From contig JAHEAD010000008.1 in assembly GCA_019721075.1 (NCBI GenBank), forward strand, positions 1-64,000: a stretch of DNA of 64,000 nt. Direction: 5' to 3'. A model generated the notes under the pieces. It was not told where the DNA came from. It saw only the letters and a program-made list of their open reading frames with translations, and made no database searches. Every line of letters starts with the position of its first letter. Positions within the stretch are counted from its first letter, which is position 1. A program made the translations under genes and the position numbers. The DNA comes from Candidatus Sysuiplasma jiujiangense (GTDB lineage Archaea > Thermoplasmatota > Thermoplasmata > Sysuiplasmatales > Sysuiplasmataceae). Positions 19,898 to 28,951 of the stretch are shown one piece after another.

Positions 19898-20488
19898 ATG
19901 GATAAATTAGCTAACCCGGCACCTCTTGGTCTGGCAGGATTTGCATTGACCACCTTTATCTTGAGCTTATACAATGCAAAGATGCTGCCTGCGGGCGGTG
20001 CAGGAGTTGTTGTGCCTATTGCTTTTGCGTACGGCGGAATAGCGCAGATGGTCGCCGGCGTGTGGGAGATGAAGGCTGGAAATACATTCGGTTACACCGC
20101 ATTTTTCACATACGGTGCGTTCTGGGTGTCATACGCTTTATTGCTGACCCTGCTTGGAGCCGGGCTCATAAGCATAGGCTCGGGCAATGCTGCGGGCGGT
20201 GCAGTTGGCATCTTTCTCGCAATGTTCGGAGTGTTCACATTCTACATGTGGATTGCGACGTTCAGGCTCAACTGGGCGCTTTTCACAGTATTCCTGCTTT
20301 TGTGGATAACGTTCTTCGTTCTTGCAGCAGGTTCGTTCGGCAACAGTGCAGCAACTACGCAGGCCGGTGGAATACTTGGGTTACTGACAGCAATCGCCGC
20401 CTTCTATGCATCTGCTGCAATAGTAATAAACGAAACCTTCGGCAAAACGACGGTGCCGCTTGGAGGAGCTCCCCTAAAGGCAAAGTGA
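19898..20488 (+). CDS. satP: Acetate uptake transporter, SatP/GPR1/FUN34/YaaH family
   Basis: ANPAPLGLAGF signature, YGG, NTFG, YGAFW; six TM helices; divergent from acs. Confidence 0.9.
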   Translation: MDKLANPAPLGLAGFALTTFILSLYNAKMLPAGGAGVVVPIAFAYGGIAQMVAGVWEMKAGNTFGYTAFFTYGAFWVSYALLLTLLGAGLISIGSGNAAGGAVGIFLAMFGVFTFYMWIATFRLNWALFTVFLLLWITFFVLAAGSFGNSAATTQAGGILGLLTAIAAFYASAAIVINETFGKTTVPLGGAPLKAK

Positions 20489-20535
20489 CGGGGCGATACG
20501 GACTTGGGCGGTTTCCGTTCAGGTTGAAGCTGCGA

Positions 20536-20554
20536 ATGCCGGGAAACTCGGCAT
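20536..20554 (+). terminator. Short hairpin downstream of satP
   Basis: ATGCCGGG-AAA-CTCGGCAT forms an 8-bp stem with one G-U pair; no U-tract. Confidence 0.25.
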
Positions 20555-20774
20555 AACGCGGCTCAAAACATTTTAATTAACCTCCAGCATTCTGATTATT
20601 CAGGTTGCATCTCGCAATTGAATCAACTGCAAATTCGGTTGAAAGACGATTGCTTTCTCACCAATCTGATAAATTGATTTGCTCCGTGCGATTCCTGACA
20701 AAGGCATGACTTCAAAAACATTAAGTATTAAATTCTGTTAAATTTAAAAAATCTGATTCGAAGTGGGATCACAG

Positions 20775-21563
20775 ATGCTAGAAGTTGAAAGGTTTCTATC
20801 TCCGGACACTGATGCTTCCAAGCCATACATTGTTGGCCACAGGGGCTCTCCAGCGACAGCGCCGGAAAATACGCTTGCTTCGTTTTCCGTAGCCATCGAA
20901 ATAGGCGCTGACGCAATTGAGCTTGACGTCCACCAGACAGCCGATGCCGTTCCTGTTGTCATCCATGATGAAGCACTCGACAGAACAACTGATGGAACCG
21001 GCATGGTTAACTCAAGGGATATTGAATACATAAAGCACCTCGACGCCGGAAAGTGGTATTCCCGGGAGCATGCAGGGGAGAAGGTTCCAACGCTTGAAGA
21101 GGCGCTGGAACTGATTTGCAGAAACAAAATTGCACTTGTTGAGGTGAAACATGGCTCCGATTTCTATCCGGGGATTGAGGAAAACATTGTCGCAACTGTC
21201 AGCGAAAGGAAGGAGTGGAAAAGGAGAACGGTGTTCATAGCTTTTGATCCATCTTTGCTTCAGAAAATCAATGAACTCGACCCTGACCTACGCACAGGAC
21301 TGCTGATACTGGATCCTCCTGAAGAATATGTAGAGGTAATCGAGGATTTTGGCATATCATCAATCTTCCCCAGATGGGAGAAACTTAAGAATGATTCCAT
21401 AAGGTCTGTCCATGAGAAAGGCTATTCGGTGCATCCCTGGGTTATGGATACGGAGAGTGATATGAAGAAAGTTCTTGCCATGGGTGCTGACAGCCTGTCG
21501 TCCAATCACCCCGAAGTCCTGTCAAGGATAATCGCAAGCATAAAAAACAATGGCAATTCATAG
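20775..21563 (+). CDS. Glycerophosphodiester phosphodiesterase
   Basis: GHRG, PENTLASF, IELDV, VIHD, VEVK. Confidence 0.9.
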   Translation: MLEVERFLSPDTDASKPYIVGHRGSPATAPENTLASFSVAIEIGADAIELDVHQTADAVPVVIHDEALDRTTDGTGMVNSRDIEYIKHLDAGKWYSREHAGEKVPTLEEALELICRNKIALVEVKHGSDFYPGIEENIVATVSERKEWKRRTVFIAFDPSLLQKINELDPDLRTGLLILDPPEEYVEVIEDFGISSIFPRWEKLKNDSIRSVHEKGYSVHPWVMDTESDMKKVLAMGADSLSSNHPEVLSRIIASIKNNGNS

Positions 21564-21688
21564 CCTTTTGCGCCTTTGAATCCTGTACCGTTTTGCAGTT
21601 TTTCAGGATGCCCGGGAGCATTTGACTGAAAATCGACGAAAATATATTATTGGGGCCGCCTATACAGAATACAGGGGATCTGATACCA

Positions 21689-22279
21689 ATGGAGACAGAA
21701 AAGAAAGCACTGTTTTCGGAAGGAAATGTGCCGCCAGGCGGAACCTGCCTTTCCTCCTTCGTAGCTGTGACATCAGACTCTAGGCTGCTTACAGGCAGAA
21801 TGGCAAAACCGGAGATATGGGTGGAACGTTTCTTCGTGGGTGAAAATTATGCACCGAGGATTGCCGAGAGCGGCAAAAAAATCCTGCCAGCATCTCACCT
21901 GAAATGGTACGAGTCTCCCATTGAGGCGGCTGAAAGGGTGATCAGGGAGCAGCTCAACATGAAGGCCGGCGGAGGCAACCTGAAGCTGATCGATGTTCAA
22001 TCCCATCTGAGCGGGGATCCGAAAAATCAGTCACAACCTGCCCACTGGGACATCTGCTTCGTTTACCAGCTCGCTGTGCCAGGTTCCGTCGAAAGGAATT
22101 ACAGTCCGCCTGAATGGTTCGCAGAACTTGAATTTACGCCGCTGAGAAAACTCTCCGGAGATAGTTTTGCAAGAGGACACGGAGATGTCCTTGATGCGGC
22201 AAGGAAAAAACTGTCTGTTTCAAAGTCAGGCAAAAAGATGAGAGCATCTGCAGGGAAGACGCGCAAGAGGAAAAAGTAA
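21689..22279 (+). CDS. Nudix-fold protein with degenerate Nudix box
   Basis: LPASHLKWYESPIEAAERVIREQL; HWDICFVY; basic C-terminal tail. Confidence 0.65.
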   Translation: METEKKALFSEGNVPPGGTCLSSFVAVTSDSRLLTGRMAKPEIWVERFFVGENYAPRIAESGKKILPASHLKWYESPIEAAERVIREQLNMKAGGGNLKLIDVQSHLSGDPKNQSQPAHWDICFVYQLAVPGSVERNYSPPEWFAELEFTPLRKLSGDSFARGHGDVLDAARKKLSVSKSGKKMRASAGKTRKRKK

Positions 22280-22369
22280 CCAGTCTGCCGATCAACGGAC
22301 TTTAAGCGCTTTGTATAATTCCCATCCGCCGTTCCATAAGCGGGATACTCACGGATCGGATCGATGCAC

Positions 22370-22849
22370 CTATTGCGTACGGACTGCCCATTCAATTTCT
22401 CCTATGAAAACGGCATCTTCCCGGTGGATCCTCAGGCAGACTACCCCTCCACCGGGAATACTGATACGGGATGGGGCTGCTGCTCCTGACAGATATGAAA
22501 TAATACTCCGGAGCGAAGGAATGTGACCTACCAGTATCTTGTCTCCATTATTTAAAGAAAGGAATAAAGGAAGGAAACTGCCGGCATCACCTTCCGGCTC
22601 GAGCCTCTCTTCTACATCAAAGCCGATGTTGAATGCCGAGGCTAGTATCCGGGCAGACATAACAGCCCTTGAGAGCGGAGAAGAGGCAATGGCTGCAATC
22701 CTTTCAGAATGCATACGAATCAATTTCGAAGCATTTTCAATCTGTGCCCTTCCATGTTCCGAAAGAGGTGGATCGGGGCCCGAGACGCCTGCATCGGGTT
22801 CGCCGTGACGCACAAGATAAAGAGAGAACTCGTCCAATTTTATCTGCAT
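22370..22849 (-). CDS. sixA: SixA-like histidine phosphatase
   Basis: LVRHGE, SSPLSRA, LVGHIP. Confidence 0.8.
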   Translation of the reverse strand: MQIKLDEFSLYLVRHGEPDAGVSGPDPPLSEHGRAQIENASKLIRMHSERIAAIASSPLSRAVMSARILASAFNIGFDVEERLEPEGDAGSFLPLFLSLNNGDKILVGHIPSLRSIISYLSGAAAPSRISIPGGGVVCLRIHREDAVFIGEIEWAVRTQ

Positions 22850-22912
22850 CCTTTCCGCAGGAATAAGTTTTGAATGGAAAGAGTTATTTGTTATGCACGT
22901 ATCCCCCCATAG

Positions 22913-23329
22913 ATGAAAGTTTCAATGCTCTTCGGCGGGCTCTTCTATACATTCAGAGGTGTTGTAATCCTCTTCCCGTTTGTGGTGCCTTCTGTTCTTG
23001 GTATACTTTCAATACACTCGGCATTCACGGGTTCAACGCTCACTACCGAGGAACCCATATGGGTGCTCGCTGCGGCATCTGTTATCATAGCATTTGTTGA
23101 GGAGCATTACTTCAGGGAGAGGGAGTACGAGGCATTCATAATTTCGCTTGTAGGGACATGCCTTGTACTGGGAATCGCACTGCTGTTCTACACATCTGAT
23201 ATCAGTATTCTCCCGTACCTGGCATATTCACTCTTTGCCTTTGGTGTAATCGATTTCATCCTCGGATTCGAATACCACAAGCCCGGCCATAAAGGCAGGA
23301 TGAAGAAAAGGGACAGGATTACGTCATGA
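22913..23329 (+). CDS. Hypothetical four-TM membrane protein
   Basis: Four hydrophobic segments; fills the space between sixA and gltA. Confidence 0.65.
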   Translation: MKVSMLFGGLFYTFRGVVILFPFVVPSVLGILSIHSAFTGSTLTTEEPIWVLAAASVIIAFVEEHYFREREYEAFIISLVGTCLVLGIALLFYTSDISILPYLAYSLFAFGVIDFILGFEYHKPGHKGRMKKRDRITS

Positions 23330-24610
23330 TGAAATCTTCCTCAGTCCGTAGCCGTTGTAAATCTGCCTTGGCCTGACAAGTTTCTGCTCCGGATCATTAA
23401 TCATTTCCTCCCACTGTGCCAGCCATCCAGGCATTCTGCCAACCGCAAAAAGGACGGGAAACATTGAGGTGGGAAAACCCATTGCCTCATAAATGATCCC
23501 GGAATAGAAGTCCACATTAGGGTAGAGCTTTCTCTTGATGAAATAATCGTCCTCCAGCGCGATATTTTCCAGTTCCAGGGCAACATCAATCAGCGGATTC
23601 CTGCCGGTCACCTGGAAAACATCCTCTGCAAGCCTCTTTATTATTTTCCCCCGTGGATCGAAATTCTTGTATACACGGTGGCCAAAGCCCATAAGCCTCC
23701 TCTTCCCGGATTTCACCTGATCTATGAGGGCCGGTATCCTGTCTTTTGTTCCCACCTCCTTCAGCATCCTGAGAACCTGTTCGTTTGCACCGCCATGTAA
23801 CGGGCCGTAAAGAGCGGCTGCAGCAGCGGAGGCCGAGCTGTATGGATCCGATTGCGAGCTGCCGACTGCCCGCATTGCATTTGCACTGCAGTTCTGTTCG
23901 TGGTCCGCATGGAGTATGAAGAGAGTATCGAGCGCCTTTGCGAGAACGGGGTCTGGCCTGTATGGCGTGCCGTGTGACGGCCTGTACACCATGTTGACAA
24001 AATTTTCAGTGTAGCTCAGTTCGTTGTCAGGATAGACATAGGGAAGACCCCTCGAATGTTTGAGTGCAAAAGCGGCAATCGTAGGCATCTTGGCTATGAG
24101 TCTCACAATCTGCTTTCTACGGACGTCACGGTCGAAAATGTTTTTGGCCTCCGGGTAAAATGATGAAAGTGCTGCAAGGATGCTCACTAGCATTCCCATC
24201 GGATGGGCATCGTAATGGAACGCATCGATCAGTTTTTTTATGTTCTCATTAAGCATCGTATGCAGTGTAATTTCTGCTTTCCAGGCATTGAGTTCGGACT
24301 TGTTCGGAAGCTCCCCGTTAAGCAAAAGATAGCTGACTTCGAGAAAACTGGATTTTTGAGCGAGTTCCTCTATCGAATACCCGCGGTAACGCAATATACC
24401 CTTTTCGCCGTCGATATATGTTATTGAACTCCTGCAGACCGCGGTGTTCATCAGACCAGGATCGAAGGACATAAGTCCAAAATCGTCCTCGGACAGCTTG
24501 ATGGTCCTCAGGTCAGTTGCATTCACAGTGCCGTCCTTAATCTGCAGCTCATATTTCTTGCCCGTTCTGTTGTCTGTCACAGTCAGAGAATCAACCATTT
24601 TATCAGCCAA
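23324..24610 (-). CDS. gltA: Citrate synthase (type II-like, long N-terminus)
   Basis: FDPGLMNTA, LHADHEQNCS, GPLHGGAN, MGFGHRVYK, YPNVDFYSG. Confidence 0.92.
   Translation of the reverse strand: MADKMVDSLTVTDNRTGKKYELQIKDGTVNATDLRTIKLSEDDFGLMSFDPGLMNTAVCRSSITYIDGEKGILRYRGYSIEELAQKSSFLEVSYLLLNGELPNKSELNAWKAEITLHTMLNENIKKLIDAFHYDAHPMGMLVSILAALSSFYPEAKNIFDRDVRRKQIVRLIAKMPTIAAFALKHSRGLPYVYPDNELSYTENFVNMVYRPSHGTPYRPDPVLAKALDTLFILHADHEQNCSANAMRAVGSSQSDPYSSASAAAAALYGPLHGGANEQVLRMLKEVGTKDRIPALIDQVKSGKRRLMGFGHRVYKNFDPRGKIIKRLAEDVFQVTGRNPLIDVALELENIALEDDYFIKRKLYPNVDFYSGIIYEAMGFPTSMFPVLFAVGRMPGWLAQWEEMINDPEQKLVRPRQIYNGYGLRKISS
24381..24428. repeat. 48-bp exact direct repeat, copy 1 (within gltA)
   Basis: ccgcggtaacgcaatatacccttttcgccgtcgatatatgttattgaa is identical to 25729-25776. 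Confidence 0.95.
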
Positions 24611-24689
24611 GCTTATGAACAGCCTAGCGACATATTAATTTAAAATGTTGCCGGAATCCGTGACAGCGACTGACTATCAACCGGAACAT

Positions 24690-25820
24690 TCAGGCAATGT
24701 GCGGTTTTTCCAGTCTGCGGTAGCCGTGCCCTGAATAAACAGCCCTGGGCCTCATTATACGACCGCCGTTTTCAATGTACTCTGACATCTGCGCTACCCA
24801 GCCGGCGGTTCTAGAAAGGGCGAACAGGGCGGTAAACATATGAAGCGGGAAACCGATGCAGTTGAAAACTAGCCCCGAGTAAAAATCGGTGTTCGGGAAA
24901 ATATGCTTGTGTGAAAAGCTCTGTACGCCAAGTTCCTCCAGCCTTTCTGCAGTCCTCAGCAGTTTAATCTGTTCGCCAGTCCTTGAGAGTTCTTTTGCCA
25001 TTGATTTGAAAACAGACATTCTTGGATCGTATGTACGGTAAACACGATGGCCGAATCCCATTAGTCTCTTTTTACCTTCAATCACATTCCGTCTGAACCA
25101 TTCGTCGACACTGCCGGGGCTGCCTATGTCTAGAAATTGCTGATAAGCTGCTTCCGCAGCGCCTCCATGGAGAGGACCCCGCAGAGCAGCTATTGCCGCA
25201 GCGACAGATGAATACATGTCGGATAATGTTGAGCAGGAAACAAGTGCCGCAGTAGTGGAAGCAGGGACCTCGTGATCCGCATAGAGAACGAGTGCATTGT
25301 TCATTATATCCACCTTTCTCTCATCCAGGCTTCCGTCAAAACAGGCTGCGAGGAAAGACTTCGCATAGCTTTCAGACGGTTCGGCCGGCTTGAGCTTTAA
25401 ATCCTGGCTGTGCCTGTAAGCAGCCGCTACGACGGACGCTGCGCGACCGATTATTTCAGGTATTTTGTTCTTTACGTTCTCCACATTCCAGCTGAAGTTG
25501 TTCTCTTCCGACGACATTGCTGCAAAGGCTGTTTCATAAACAGACAGGGGATCCGCGTCGCGCGGCAGAGCGGTGATGACATCTTTGACATAGTCTGGCA
25601 GCCTGAATGAACGCTGTATATCTGAGGAAAAATGAGAGAGTTCCGGGGCCGATGGAAGTTCGCCGAAAATCATCAGATAGGCAACCTCCTCAAAAGAACA
25701 GTTTTCAACCAATTCGTTTATATCATAACCGCGGTAACGCAATATACCCTTTTCGCCGTCGATATATGTTATTGAAGTCTCCTTTATGTAAACATCTTCC
25801 AGACCATTGCTTATTTCCAT
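24690..25820 (-). CDS. prpC: Citrate/2-methylcitrate synthase (short archaeal type)
   Basis: GLEDV, YADHEVPAST, GPLHGGA, GFGHRVY, FPNTDFYSG; downstream of prpDB. Confidence 0.8.
   Translation of the reverse strand: MEISNGLEDVYIKETSITYIDGEKGILRYRGYDINELVENCSFEEVAYLMIFGELPSAPELSHFSSDIQRSFRLPDYVKDVITALPRDADPLSVYETAFAAMSSEENNFSWNVENVKNKIPEIIGRAASVVAAAYRHSQDLKLKPAEPSESYAKSFLAACFDGSLDERKVDIMNNALVLYADHEVPASTTAALVSCSTLSDMYSSVAAAIAALRGPLHGGAAEAAYQQFLDIGSPGSVDEWFRRNVIEGKKRLMGFGHRVYRTYDPRMSVFKSMAKELSRTGEQIKLLRTAERLEELGVQSFSHKHIFPNTDFYSGLVFNCIGFPLHMFTALFALSRTAGWVAQMSEYIENGGRIMRPRAVYSGHGYRRLEKPHIA
25729..25776. repeat. 48-bp exact direct repeat, copy 2 (within prpC)
   Basis: Identical to 24381-24428. 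Confidence 0.95.
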
Positions 25821-25854
25821 TTGATTTTCACCCTTGGATTAATTTGCCACCAAC

Positions 25855-25869
25855 GATAAGTTTCTTATC
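25855..25869. promoter_or_regulatory. Palindrome overlapping the prpC promoter region
   Basis: GATAAG-TTT-CTTATC, 35 nt upstream of the prpC ATG. Confidence 0.35.
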
Positions 25870-25922
25870 TGCCGGATATAGAAGGAAGTTGTTTTTAAAC
25901 TTGGCTCAAACGGCGTCTGGAG

Positions 25923-25950
25923 TCTGCTGATGATTGACACAGTCAGCAGA
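25923..25950. promoter_or_regulatory. Inverted repeat between prpB and prpC
   Basis: TCTGCTGA-N12-TCAGCAGA. Confidence 0.3.
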
Positions 25951-26018
25951 ACAATTTGTGGTTTTTGCGCCGCGCGGAAGTACCGTAAATACCAGCAGTG
26001 AAGCGCGAAATGGAGCAG

Positions 26019-26870
26019 TTACTTTGTTCTTCCGGATTTGATTGAAAATGTTCTGTCTTTCATTTCATAATCGCCGTAATGAATCACATCATACTGCTGA
26101 CTTCGGGTCATGAGCTCACTCATGACTCTCTTCTGGCTCCCGTCTGACTTCAGTGCACTGTAAACAGTTTCCGCCGCCCTGGCAGCAGCCCTGAAGGCTG
26201 TAACCGGGAAAATCACATACCGGTATCCGCTCCTGCGGAAGAAATCTGAAGGCAGGAGCGGCGTTTTGCCGAATTCAGTCATATTGGCGAGCAGCGGCGT
26301 ATCGATGCTCTGTGAAAATGTCCTGAATTCCCTGCGATTCAATAGAGCTTCAGGAAAAATTATATCTGCTCCGTTTTCGGCATATGATTTTGCCCTTTTG
26401 ATTGCTCCGCTCATTCCCTCCACGGCCCTGGCGTCTGTTCTTGCAATTATGGCGCAATCTCTGCGGGCATCGATCGCCGCTCTTATTTTCTGATTCATCT
26501 CCTCAGTTTCAACGAGTTCCTTGCCGTCGAGGTGACCGCACTTCTTTGGCATCTTCTGATCCTCTATCTGTATCGCATCCGCGCCTGAACGTTCGAGTAT
26601 ACGCACTGTGCGCCAGACACTGATCGCATTGCCGAATCCTGTATCAGCGTCGACCACAACCTCCACGTCCGAGACATCCTTGATGAGTCTTACCATTGCG
26701 CTGAGTTGAGTGAGACTCACCAGTCCAATGTCTGGTATTCCCAGAGATGATGTAAACGCACCGCCAGAGAGGTACACAGCGTTGAAACCGGCCCTTTCAG
26801 CCTGCAATGCAGTGAACGGGCTGAAAACGCCTGGAATGATCATAAACCTGTGCTTCAGTATATCAGACAA
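26019..26870 (-). CDS. prpB: 2-methylisocitrate lyase
   Basis: YLSGG, DADTGFG, IEDQ..PKKCGHLDGK, ARTDAR, NMTEFGKTP. Confidence 0.93.
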   Translation of the reverse strand: MSDILKHRFMIIPGVFSPFTALQAERAGFNAVYLSGGAFTSSLGIPDIGLVSLTQLSAMVRLIKDVSDVEVVVDADTGFGNAISVWRTVRILERSGADAIQIEDQKMPKKCGHLDGKELVETEEMNQKIRAAIDARRDCAIIARTDARAVEGMSGAIKRAKSYAENGADIIFPEALLNRREFRTFSQSIDTPLLANMTEFGKTPLLPSDFFRRSGYRYVIFPVTAFRAAARAAETVYSALKSDGSQKRVMSELMTRSQQYDVIHYGDYEMKDRTFSIKSGRTK

Positions 26871-28155
26871 TCTGATCCACCTTCAGCCTGAGGCAGTTAT
26901 GAAGTCTCTGCAGCAGTCCGCTGTCACCGGAAAGCCGCATGAATTTTGCATCGACTTCGGTGTCGTTCAGCGGATTTTTCCAGTGACCCTCAGGCACGTT
27001 CATTTCGCCCTGATGTATTCCGTTCGAAGCATGAACAACTATTCTGGTTGGAAGTGCGGAGGGATATGCTTCTGTGTAATCGCGCCTCTCTCTCACTTCC
27101 ACCCTGCTCATTAGCGTCTTTATCCTGCTGTCATTGATAAGGCCGTAGCTTTCCAGCCAGAAATTTCCCGTCACGAGGGCTGCAGATACTATGAACGGCA
27201 GGCTGTGGTCCGCTGTCTCCCTGTTCTTCGGGTTCCATTTCTCATCATCGGCAAGTATTGATTTCCCTGCTTCGTATGTTTCTATCTCAACCCGGGAAAT
27301 TTCGGAATCCCCGATTTCATTGTGGAGCTCCAGTGAAATATCGACGGCAGACTGAGCGTGATATTCCACAGGATATTTCTTGATGTGTGTGCGCAGTATT
27401 GCGTCCGCTTTCTTCATGCCACTGAAGACGGTCATGTCCATTTCCGGCAATACAGAATTTCTCAGGCCGAACTTTCCTGAAATTGGTGTGGCTGGAGCCG
27501 TGAAACCGTTCATTGTTGCTATCGCTGCGAATGTTGAGTTTCTGCTGGAGTTTGCCGCAGCCCCCGCTTTCCACATCGAGAGATCGCCGACTCTGCTTTC
27601 ACGGAGTGCCACGTGCGGAACAGCGGCGATGGAAATCGTGTTTATTGTCTGCTTCTCGTCGAAGTTCAGCAGCTTTGAAATCGCTGCTGCCATTCCAATC
27701 TGAAGGAAATTAACATGGTCGAAACCATGCTTCCTCAGTGATGCAGAGTCGCAGAATCTCGTGCTCACTTCATAGCCTGCGGCTATCGACGTGACAAGCG
27801 CTTTGCAGTCAGCCCTGACAAGTGAGCCCAAGGCAAGGAGGGCACCAATCATGTCGCTTGGATGCAACGGTTCTCTTGAAAGATAGGTGTCGTTGAAATC
27901 CAGATATCTGATAAGGAGTGTGTTGTAAAATGAGGCGGCATCCGCAGTCGCGCTTCCGTTGCCGATGATGTGCGCATCACCTGGATACAGTTTCAGTATG
28001 CCTCTGAATGCATTTGCAGGAGGGGAGTCCACTGATGCGTAAGACACACCAATCGAATCAATGATCCTCCTCTTTGCTTCGTGGACCACTTTCTCATCGA
28101 GATCATCAAATTCCAGATCCCTGACGAACAAGGCGATATCCTCTTCAACTGTCAT
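26863..28155 (-). CDS. prpD: 2-methylcitrate dehydratase (MmgE/PrpD)
   Basis: RYLDFNDTY, HPSD, LSMWKA, KYPVEYHAQSA, RETADHSLP. Confidence 0.92.
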   Translation of the reverse strand: MTVEEDIALFVRDLEFDDLDEKVVHEAKRRIIDSIGVSYASVDSPPANAFRGILKLYPGDAHIIGNGSATADAASFYNTLLIRYLDFNDTYLSREPLHPSDMIGALLALGSLVRADCKALVTSIAAGYEVSTRFCDSASLRKHGFDHVNFLQIGMAAAISKLLNFDEKQTINTISIAAVPHVALRESRVGDLSMWKAGAAANSSRNSTFAAIATMNGFTAPATPISGKFGLRNSVLPEMDMTVFSGMKKADAILRTHIKKYPVEYHAQSAVDISLELHNEIGDSEISRVEIETYEAGKSILADDEKWNPKNRETADHSLPFIVSAALVTGNFWLESYGLINDSRIKTLMSRVEVRERRDYTEAYPSALPTRIVVHASNGIHQGEMNVPEGHWKNPLNDTEVDAKFMRLSGDSGLLQRLHNCLRLKVDQIV

Positions 28156-28210
28156 GATGTGCTGATTTGGTCCTGTTTATTTATATTTAGCAGTTTGGTG
28201 ATTTTATTTT

Positions 28211-28849
28211 TCATGTTGAGATTTCGACCAGGACGAGCCTGTATTTATTCAGATATCTGCCGTTGATGCCAAGCTCAAGGATAATTTTCGAATTCCCAAG
28301 GGAACGGTAAAAACGATCATCAAAAAACAGGTCCCCGAACAGCAGGAAACCTCCATTTTTCACAGCCGCAGTCAGCTCAAGGACACCTGAAGCAAATTCT
28401 GAACCCAGATTGTGATACACCAGATTCGTGCATACGATGTCAAACTTCCCCGCCATAACCGGAAGCATTCTAACATCACACCTCACAAGATGGATCCTGC
28501 CACTGAGACCAAGCTGCCCGATATTTCTCCGGGCTTGTGCAATTCCGCCGCCGATCAGGCTTGAATCTGAGTAGTTGTCGGCTGCGAAAATCTCAGCCTC
28601 CCGGAAACGGAGGCAGGCAAGAGCGGAAAGAAAGCCCAGGCCTGATCCTGCATCCAGGATCAATTTCGGTCTGAATCCGAGATTGTCTATGTAATCGAAC
28701 ACCATGTCAAGAAGGATTGCTACACGTTCCCTGGTCCGCTGCGATCCTTCATAATCGGTATGATGATATGTCCCGAAATCGACTTTTTCCCAGACTTTTT
28801 CCATCAATGCAGTTAGCGGGCCAGCAAGTTTTAAATTCTTGCTTCTCAC
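28211..28849 (-). CDS. Class I SAM-dependent methyltransferase
   Basis: ILDAGSGLG motif I, FDIV, NLVYHN, VKNGG. Confidence 0.8.
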   Translation of the reverse strand: MRSKNLKLAGPLTALMEKVWEKVDFGTYHHTDYEGSQRTRERVAILLDMVFDYIDNLGFRPKLILDAGSGLGFLSALACLRFREAEIFAADNYSDSSLIGGGIAQARRNIGQLGLSGRIHLVRCDVRMLPVMAGKFDIVCTNLVYHNLGSEFASGVLELTAAVKNGGFLLFGDLFFDDRFYRSLGNSKIILELGINGRYLNKYRLVLVEIST

Positions 28850-28951
28850 CGGATTAGTGACAGTTCCCTCATGGAAACTATGTCCAGAAAACGAGGCTCA
28901 ATACTGTTCATAACATTGTAAGTCCTGCTGGCAAAAGTACACATGCCGGCA

